From: a virus
Taxonomy: Duplodnaviria > Caudoviricetes
Virus record (IMG/VR): IMGVR_UViG_3300018072_000002
Location: 1-39,351 of that record
DNA length: 39,351 bases
Direction: 5' to 3' (one strand)
Below are positions 33,564 through 39,351 of this stretch, one piece after another. The position numbers and the translations under genes are program-made. Position 1 is the first letter of the stretch, and every line of letters begins with the position of its first letter. The notes under the pieces are model-generated. The model was not told the DNA's origin, searched no databases, and worked only from the letters and a program-made list of their open reading frames with translations.

Positions 33564-33665
33564 TAAATCATTATGCCACTATATCCATTCTATTTCAATG
33601 CCATTTTTCTTCCGTAAATTTATTTCAAAAGAATGGTTTTACAGGATTACCAAAAACCTACTAGA

Positions 33666-34229
33666 TTAAACACGAGCGACAAGCAGTCCACATTCAGTTG
33701 GAATGACGATAGGTTCATACTTCTGCATAAGAAGCAGAAAATCTTTACATTCTCTTTTCCTATCAATCACATTATCTGCCAAGAGTAAACAGTTGTTGTC
33801 AAGCAAATCATACATCTGAAGCAATTTGAATTGTTCAAAATATCCATCCTTGTTGGCATCAAAGAAAACTAACTGATACTTGCCTGCCAACAGTGGAATG
33901 ACTTGCATTGCATCCCCTTTGTGCACAGTAGCTGAAATGCCAGCTTCATTTAAATTGTCTTGCGCTTTTTTTGCTGTTTCTTCATCCCATTCAATCGTGT
34001 CCAGAGTGCCTTTGAGATGCGTGCCCAGATAGCAAGCGGACAATCCATACGCTGTGCCGATTTCCAGTATCTTGTCGGGGTTGCGAGCCATCACGAACGA
34101 TTGCAGAAGCGAACCAGTGTCCCTTCTGATTGGATTCCTCCAGCCATGCCTGCCTTTCCCATCATAGCTCGCTCCTTGCTTTGGCATTTCTTCCAAACGG
34201 GCGATTACTTGTCGCGCTCTTTTATTCAT
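33666..34229 (-). CDS. Class I SAM-dependent O-methyltransferase (YrrM/CCoAOMT-like)
   Basis: ILEIGTAYGLS, FFDANK, ADNV; own GTGTATAAT and SD AAGGAGGT. Confidence 0.88.
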   Translation of the reverse strand: MNKRARQVIARLEEMPKQGASYDGKGRHGWRNPIRRDTGSLLQSFVMARNPDKILEIGTAYGLSACYLGTHLKGTLDTIEWDEETAKKAQDNLNEAGISATVHKGDAMQVIPLLAGKYQLVFFDANKDGYFEQFKLLQMYDLLDNNCLLLADNVIDRKRECKDFLLLMQKYEPIVIPTECGLLVARV

Positions 34230-34259
34230 TTGAACCTCCTTGATTATTATACACTTTTG

Positions 34260-34919
34260 TCATTTAGGATATTTCTTATTTATTTCCTCTGATAATTCTG
34301 CTAATTGTTCTGGAGAAATCCAAGCAGTCCCCTTAAATTTGACAATATATTCATTCTCTATTCTCATGCGGTCTTGTCCGTGTATTATTTCTCGGTTAAG
34401 ACTATGCACTGGTAAATCTGGTATAAACTCTGTGTACTTAAAACCATCTAACCACTTTGTCTCTAACATTATTGCAGTAGTCTTGTCGTGAACTCTCGGG
34501 AGATTGGGCAATTCTTTAGTTACAAATTTACCCATGTAATGAAAATTGCCTCTGGTCAAGACTACATTTCCTTCTATGGCGAAAAGTTTATCAAAGAGCG
34601 AGATGTCTTTTATTAAAGTTGTATCCATTATGTGAACAAACTCATCAAAATATTCTTTTCCTCGCTCTATCACCGCAAGCTCCCAACCATTCCATTTATT
34701 TACTACCACTCTCACACTTGAGCAAAATTCATATCCCCAAAGAACGTTTTCCTCATTGACAGGCAAATAAAAATTTGGGTCTTTAAGTTTAAGAGTCGGA
34801 ACATAACCCCCATTACTTACAACAAGTATACGATATTTTGTCCCTTTAATTGATTCTATTAAAGGTTGTAAGAAATCTTTTGTGTATTCACTTGTGCCGA
34901 TGACTATTCCTCTTTTCAT
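34260..34919 (-). CDS. Putative glycosyltransferase-like protein
   Basis: GT-A-like start (IVIGT...PLIESI...ILVVSN), GWELA, FVHIMDT; cluster context. Confidence 0.45.
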   Translation of the reverse strand: MKRGIVIGTSEYTKDFLQPLIESIKGTKYRILVVSNGGYVPTLKLKDPNFYLPVNEENVLWGYEFCSSVRVVVNKWNGWELAVIERGKEYFDEFVHIMDTTLIKDISLFDKLFAIEGNVVLTRGNFHYMGKFVTKELPNLPRVHDKTTAIMLETKWLDGFKYTEFIPDLPVHSLNREIIHGQDRMRIENEYIVKFKGTAWISPEQLAELSEEINKKYPK

Positions 34920-35668
34920 AGCATTTGTATGCTTACAGGCAAGCCAATTCTTTCAATCGTTTTATACTCATCGTATTCCGTTACTTTAGCGGAAGCATCG
35001 CTAAAATCTTTTCTGATAGCGAATATGCCTCCGTGGGTGGTAAGTTTTCTATCAAAAAAAATCTCGTGCGTGTCTTTTAGCGCCTCTCTGATTATCTCTC
35101 TATCCACATCTCCATGCCATTCTCCCCTTATGTGCTTTATTTTATCCATATACGGCTTGAACGCTCGGAGTATCTGCCCTTCCATTCCTTCGGTGTCCAG
35201 TTTTATTAAATCAATTCGCGGAAATTCGTATCTGTCCATTATGTCCTTTAGAGTAGACGCTTTGACTTTTATCTCTCCTATCTTCTTGCTTCCCATTGGA
35301 GCGAATAAATCCCATCTGAAGTTTCCATCTACATGATGATTGCCTTGCCATTTGCAGATATTAAATGTTACTTCTTTTCTGTCATCTCCGATGATTGCTT
35401 CTTCCACGTAAATCAATTTATCCTCTGTGTTTAATTTGGTGTATTTCATCAGTTCTGGTTCTGGCTCGCAGACAAGAATCTTAGCGTTCGGAAAGAACTT
35501 TTGAAATTGCACGGAAGCCGAACCGATATTCGCTCCGAGGTCTGCAATGTATTCAATATCTTTATCCAAACTATATAGTTCTTCTATGCGATATTCGTCT
35601 TCAAAAATTACACTTTGCTCGTGTGCCGTAGCACATAATTCTAATTCAGGAGAAAATATCAATGTCAT
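34916..35668 (-). CDS. FkbM-family methyltransferase
   Basis: IADLGANIG, ILVCEP, IDLIKLDTEGME, GEWH. Confidence 0.9.
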   Translation of the reverse strand: MTLIFSPELELCATAHEQSVIFEDEYRIEELYSLDKDIEYIADLGANIGSASVQFQKFFPNAKILVCEPEPELMKYTKLNTEDKLIYVEEAIIGDDRKEVTFNICKWQGNHHVDGNFRWDLFAPMGSKKIGEIKVKASTLKDIMDRYEFPRIDLIKLDTEGMEGQILRAFKPYMDKIKHIRGEWHGDVDREIIREALKDTHEIFFDRKLTTHGGIFAIRKDFSDASAKVTEYDEYKTIERIGLPVSIQML

Positions 35669-35674
35669 AATGTT

Positions 35675-36169
35675 TTATTTATAAGAATTAAAAATCTTAT
35701 TATTGTGTTCTTTATCGTATTTACTGTGACACTTTTTGCATAATCCAATATAATCATCTAATACTCTACGATATTTGTGGTCAATGTTAGCCCAGTCTAT
35801 ACTCCAAAATCTTTTAAGCATTATTCCTTTTTTGCCACAGTGCTCACAGAACTTTGGATTTCCCTTACGTCTTAAAACCCAACAGTGCAAAGCATGATAT
35901 CCCACTTCATCACCTTTCCAAGAAGAATGTTTGTCATCAATTCTTTCCGACATTATTTTTTTCCAATTCTTGGATTTTTCTTGTCCTTTCTTAAACTCAA
36001 CTCCATTATGCTCTCCTTGCTGAAAATAATTTGGCTTTGATAAATCCCCAAAAAATTTATGACCTTTCTGAAAACCTCTTTTAATGCCTTTTTTGTACTG
36101 TTTCACTAAACTTTGTGATATTCTTTCCCGCCATTCTTTATTTTTTAACGGGTCTTTTGGTGCTGGCAT
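35675..36169 (-). CDS. NUMOD-repeat HNH-like endonuclease (WAN subtype)
   Basis: FQKGH/FKKGQ repeats, WKGDEVGYHALHCW, CEHCG, DWAN, LCKKCH. Confidence 0.8.
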   Translation of the reverse strand: MPAPKDPLKNKEWRERISQSLVKQYKKGIKRGFQKGHKFFGDLSKPNYFQQGEHNGVEFKKGQEKSKNWKKIMSERIDDKHSSWKGDEVGYHALHCWVLRRKGNPKFCEHCGKKGIMLKRFWSIDWANIDHKYRRVLDDYIGLCKKCHSKYDKEHNNKIFNSYK

Positions 36170-36180
36170 ATTTATTTTTA

Positions 36181-36258
36181 CCCTTACATTGTCGCCAACT
36201 TGACAGAAAGCGACAATGTAAGGGTGTCAAGTTAATTTATAATGATTATATTATATCA
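36181..36258 (-). promoter_or_regulatory. Extended -10 promoter plus pseudoknot leader
   Basis: TGATATAAT 36258-36250; AACUUGACA complementary to loop UGUCAAGUU of a perfect 15-bp hairpin. Confidence 0.7.
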
Positions 36259-36415
36259 CTTTTTCACTTATGTGAAACATATTTTTTTGCTAATTGTTCC
36301 ATTAAATAATAACTCTTAAAAAGATTTTGATTTTCTTTTAATTCTTTGTCTAATTCTTCTTGCGTGAAAGTGTGCTCCGCTTTTTCCGCCCATATAAAAT
36401 TAAATTTATCTAAAG

Positions 36416-37279
36416 TCATTTTGTTATTTCACGATAAAATTCTAAATGTGTATCTCCGCTTGCAGTCAAATAATTTCTTTGGGTGTGATAACTATAGTGC
36501 ACAACCAAGGCGTCTCCACAAAAGAAATTTGGTCTCTCTAGTTGCATGGGTATTTCATAGGCGAGCTGGGGTTCTTCTATATATCCAGGTCGCAGTTTAT
36601 CCTTTCCCCACCAAGCGATAGAACAAATGGAAAATCTTTGGAACTCATAAAGAATTTTACTGGGAAGATAATACGCGCTTAATGTTCCTTCAAGATAGCG
36701 CTTCTTAAAAGTAGAATGGATTAAATCTACCAATCTGCCATCGGTATAATTGAAAGCGTCTAAATAGGCATAATCGGGGTCGCTGACAGTGTATCTTTTG
36801 ACCTTGCCCGCTTCTTCAGAGAGCGCTCCGTTCTCTTGATGCCACGAAGTCATTAGCGTTGAATTGATGGTGTTCGGAACTATTAAGAAAGCATTGGCAT
36901 TTTCTATTCTCGCTTTGCATATTTTTTCAATCGCATCGTCCGCGCACCACACTATATCATCGTCAAATCTTATATAAATTGTATCATCATCGTGCGTATT
37001 CACAAAGAATTTATGAGTCTGCAAAGCGTTGTATGTTTCCCATGTCGGAGTAATCGGTTCGCCCAGTCTGTAAATCTTTACCTTTGGGTTTTCTTTTTCC
37101 ATGCTTTCAAGATAGGCGATGTCATTAGCATCTACTGTGTTTAACCAAAGTTGCCACTCATCTACTACGCCTTCATTTATTTTTCTGTAAATAAAATTCT
37201 TAAAAATAGAGAGATATTTTTCACGCCCTGCGGGAGTTACCACAACTACTTTATATTTTTGTTCTGGGTAGATTATCAT
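36416..37279 (-). CDS. GT-A glycosyltransferase (287 aa)
   Basis: VVVTPAGREKYL, YIRFDDDIVW (DxD), VVHYSY; ATG at 37279 overlaps the upstream TGA. Confidence 0.75.
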   Translation of the reverse strand: MIIYPEQKYKVVVVTPAGREKYLSIFKNFIYRKINEGVVDEWQLWLNTVDANDIAYLESMEKENPKVKIYRLGEPITPTWETYNALQTHKFFVNTHDDDTIYIRFDDDIVWCADDAIEKICKARIENANAFLIVPNTINSTLMTSWHQENGALSEEAGKVKRYTVSDPDYAYLDAFNYTDGRLVDLIHSTFKKRYLEGTLSAYYLPSKILYEFQRFSICSIAWWGKDKLRPGYIEEPQLAYEIPMQLERPNFFCGDALVVHYSYHTQRNYLTASGDTHLEFYREITK

Positions 37280-38154
37280 TTTGTTAATGCGTACCACGCT
37301 AAAGTTTTTCTGCGAAATTCGGTAAACCATGGGTCGCCATTGTAATTTTCTGGGTCTTGCCAAAATAACTCATTATGGCGTAGTCCCACTGCCTCTTTTT
37401 CCATAGAAATAAAGACATTGCTTGCTCGCAAATGTTGAACTTTAGCGTAACCCGATACTATCGCCCAATTAAGTTCAGCAAACTTTTTAATTACCATTAT
37501 GCCCATCCAAATATCGTCTGCCCTCTCGCATCCCTTAAATTGACCTACTGGCGCGAAATAAATATATGGCAATGCTTCTCTCTTAAAAGCTAAATTCATC
37601 CCGCAAATAGGCGCAAAAATCCCTTTTGGAATTACTATTTTTGGAAAAGTCGCCTCTACATCTTCTTTTAATAATTGCGATGGCGCGTCCCAATCGTAAT
37701 TGCCCTCCCACACGCCATGCGAGAGCTTTACTGGCGCTTCTTTTCTAACTCCATAAGGAAAGCCCCGAAAATACTCCGAACCCGTTGAAATCCAAGAAAT
37801 AGGCACATGCCTATTCAGTGCGTCTATGTGGTCTTGTATCGGGTCGCCTATTGGAGAAGTATCAGTGTCAAAGGTTAAAATATATTCCACATCTGGCAAA
37901 TTTTGCGCTATAAAAAGAAATCCTAACTGGCGAACTCCAGCGCAATGATTAGAAATTAACTCGCCTGCCTGCGCAGGCAGGCTTTTTAAGTCAATCCTTT
38001 TCCCCTCATATTCTATAAAAGGAATATCCTCGCTATCATTAACTAGAATAAACTCCACATTGTGCTTTTTAAATAACTCTTTCCAGTTACTCACGAATAA
38101 ATCTGTGAGTTCCTGCTTATGGGAGGGAACTACGCAAGCTATGGTTTTACTCAT
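37276..38154 (-). CDS. RGP/GT75-family protein (UDP-arabinopyranose mutase-like)
   Basis: RQLGF, YILTFDTD, RGFPYGVR, SHGVW..NYDWDAPSQL, IPKG...PICGMNLAF, RADDIW.G, H.RASNVF..EKE colinear with plant RGP motifs. Confidence 0.85.
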   Translation of the reverse strand: MSKTIACVVPSHKQELTDLFVSNWKELFKKHNVEFILVNDSEDIPFIEYEGKRIDLKSLPAQAGELISNHCAGVRQLGFLFIAQNLPDVEYILTFDTDTSPIGDPIQDHIDALNRHVPISWISTGSEYFRGFPYGVRKEAPVKLSHGVWEGNYDWDAPSQLLKEDVEATFPKIVIPKGIFAPICGMNLAFKREALPYIYFAPVGQFKGCERADDIWMGIMVIKKFAELNWAIVSGYAKVQHLRASNVFISMEKEAVGLRHNELFWQDPENYNGDPWFTEFRRKTLAWYALTK

Positions 38155-39148
38155 ATTGTTCTTTATACCAATTAACCGTAGTTTCTAAACTTTCCTCAAA
38201 AGATATTGGGTAGCTGAATCCATAATCTTTTAGTTTTTGTCCGTCTAAGGCATAGCGAACATCGTGTCCAGGGCGACTACTATGCGCGTCAGTAATTTCA
38301 TATTTTAATTCCTTTCCGAGTATTTTGGCTATCTTTTTAGCCAAAGCTAAATTATCCAACTCAACTTCGCCTACTACGTTAAATCGTTCTGGTCTGTCTA
38401 TTTCGGGATAAGGTTTAGGTATGACATTTTGAATCATAAATAAAATAGCGGAGGCGATATTTCTGGCGTGTAAATAAAATCTTGTTCCAGCTTCTTGTTT
38501 ATCAGGATAGCCGTGTATGCTTACTGTTTCGCCTTTCATAATTTTATCTATACATAACGGCACAAACTTTTCTTTATTTTGATATTGACCATAAACATTC
38601 ATCGTATTGGTTATAATTACTGGAACTCCATAGGTTCTCCAGTAAGAGATAGCCAATGCTTCCTGTGCCGTTTTAGAAGCTGAATATGGATTAGAGGGCT
38701 TGATAGCATCCCATTCTTTATGGTATTCGCCTTTCTTAGCTTGTCCATAAACTTCATCGGTTGAGAATTGGATAAATAATTCAGGTTTTACTATTCGGGC
38801 GAACTCCAACATATTCAAAGCTATACCTACATTATTTTTTACAAAGGACACAGGGTCTACGATACTTCTATCTACATGACTATCAGAGGCTAAGTTTAGA
38901 ATTATATCCACTTTGCCGATTTTCTTTATAATATCGGGAGTCAAGGGAGCGGATAAATCGTGTGTGATTATCTTTACTCTATCTATATCTGCCAAATAAT
39001 TCTCATCTTCGGCGACCCTAGTCGGCATGCCTTTGTGTTGCCAACTCGCTATGCCGATTATTTCATAGTCCGTATTTTTTAATAGATGGGACATTAAATG
39101 CGCCCCAATAAAGCCCGAAATTCCTGTTAGACAAACGCGTTTAGACAT
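38147..39148 (-). CDS. rmlB: dTDP-glucose 4,6-dehydratase-like NDP-sugar dehydratase
   Basis: TGISGFIG, ASDSHVDRSI, STDEVYG, PSNPYSASK, RPGHDVRY. Confidence 0.9.
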   Translation of the reverse strand: MSKRVCLTGISGFIGAHLMSHLLKNTDYEIIGIASWQHKGMPTRVAEDENYLADIDRVKIITHDLSAPLTPDIIKKIGKVDIILNLASDSHVDRSIVDPVSFVKNNVGIALNMLEFARIVKPELFIQFSTDEVYGQAKKGEYHKEWDAIKPSNPYSASKTAQEALAISYWRTYGVPVIITNTMNVYGQYQNKEKFVPLCIDKIMKGETVSIHGYPDKQEAGTRFYLHARNIASAILFMIQNVIPKPYPEIDRPERFNVVGEVELDNLALAKKIAKILGKELKYEITDAHSSRPGHDVRYALDGQKLKDYGFSYPISFEESLETTVNWYKEQYE

Positions 39149-39351
39149 ATTCTTGTAATTTCTCTAGTAAATCTCTAGGATTTTTTATCATAATCGTGTC
39201 CATTACTTCTATCACGGAGTTATCATTCCCGCCTGCTTGCAAATTGTCTCCAAAATAAATACATTCGTCCTTGTTCAGATTTTGGATATATTTCATAAGG
39301 TTTTTTCCCTTAGTGCCGTCCCTAGTAGTATAATCTATACAAGTATTTCCC
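39141..39351 (-). CDS. Phosphomannomutase-like HAD hydrolase, 3' part
   Basis: In-frame continuation ...GGNDNSVIEVMDTIMIKNPRDLLEKLQEYV*; stop at 39141-39143 overlaps the start of the next gene. Confidence 0.8.
   Translation of the reverse strand, partial: GNTCIDYTTRDGTKGKNLMKYIQNLNKDECIYFGDNLQAGGNDNSVIEVMDTIMIKNPRDLLEKLQEYV
39229..39351. repeat. Terminal direct repeat (copy 2)
   Basis: Identical to 1-123. Confidence 0.97.

Noticed and set aside
370-37345. Numerous plus-strand ORFs in the track (e.g. 2882-3304, 10370-10825, 15240-15653, 17840-18307, 28456-28935)
   Set aside because: Antisense shadows of well-supported minus-strand genes, with no motifs or expression signals; only 13456-13932 and 17072-17176 were kept
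33666-39148. DNA hypermodification cluster
   Set aside because: No thymidylate-synthase/hydroxymethylase, TET/JBP, DNA methyltransferase or phage polymerase recognised; disfavoured but not excluded
1-39351. Stop-codon reassignment
   Set aside because: Core genes are intact in code 11, and TAA, TAG and TGA all end genes at tight junctions

Overview
Complete, circularly permuted genome (39,228 unique bp; bases 1-123 repeat exactly at 39229-39351) of a small, AT-rich tailed phage with a P22-like podovirus layout. Almost all genes are on the minus strand. Modules in transcription order: replication initiator with internal iterons plus a DnaB-type helicase; an early operon of small ORFs (RHH regulator, SSB-like protein, NinG, minimal RNA ligase); a roughly 6.5-kb nucleotide-sugar/glycosyltransferase/methyltransferase cluster crossing the circular junction; terminase, portal, scaffold, major capsid, a second glycosyltransferase, adaptor, nozzle, two ejection proteins, tail fibre; lysis genes; and a cassette of independently transcribed morons/sRNA. 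No integrase, DNA polymerase, tRNA or CRISPR array was seen. Weak Shine-Dalgarno use, apparent leaderless starts and promoter-proximal DnaA boxes suggest a Patescibacteria (CPR)-type host, but this is inference only. Most notable: (i) a putative virion-glycosylation pathway containing a plant-RGP-like (GT75) sugar mutase and a eukaryote-type phosphomannomutase; (ii) a recurring promoter-plus-pseudoknot leader architecture; (iii) a multi-stem RNA with a canonical 11-nt tetraloop receptor heading the early operon; (iv) a hidden antisense 34-aa membrane peptide with a near-consensus promoter inside an ejection-protein gene. All protein calls come from motif recognition by eye, not database searches.
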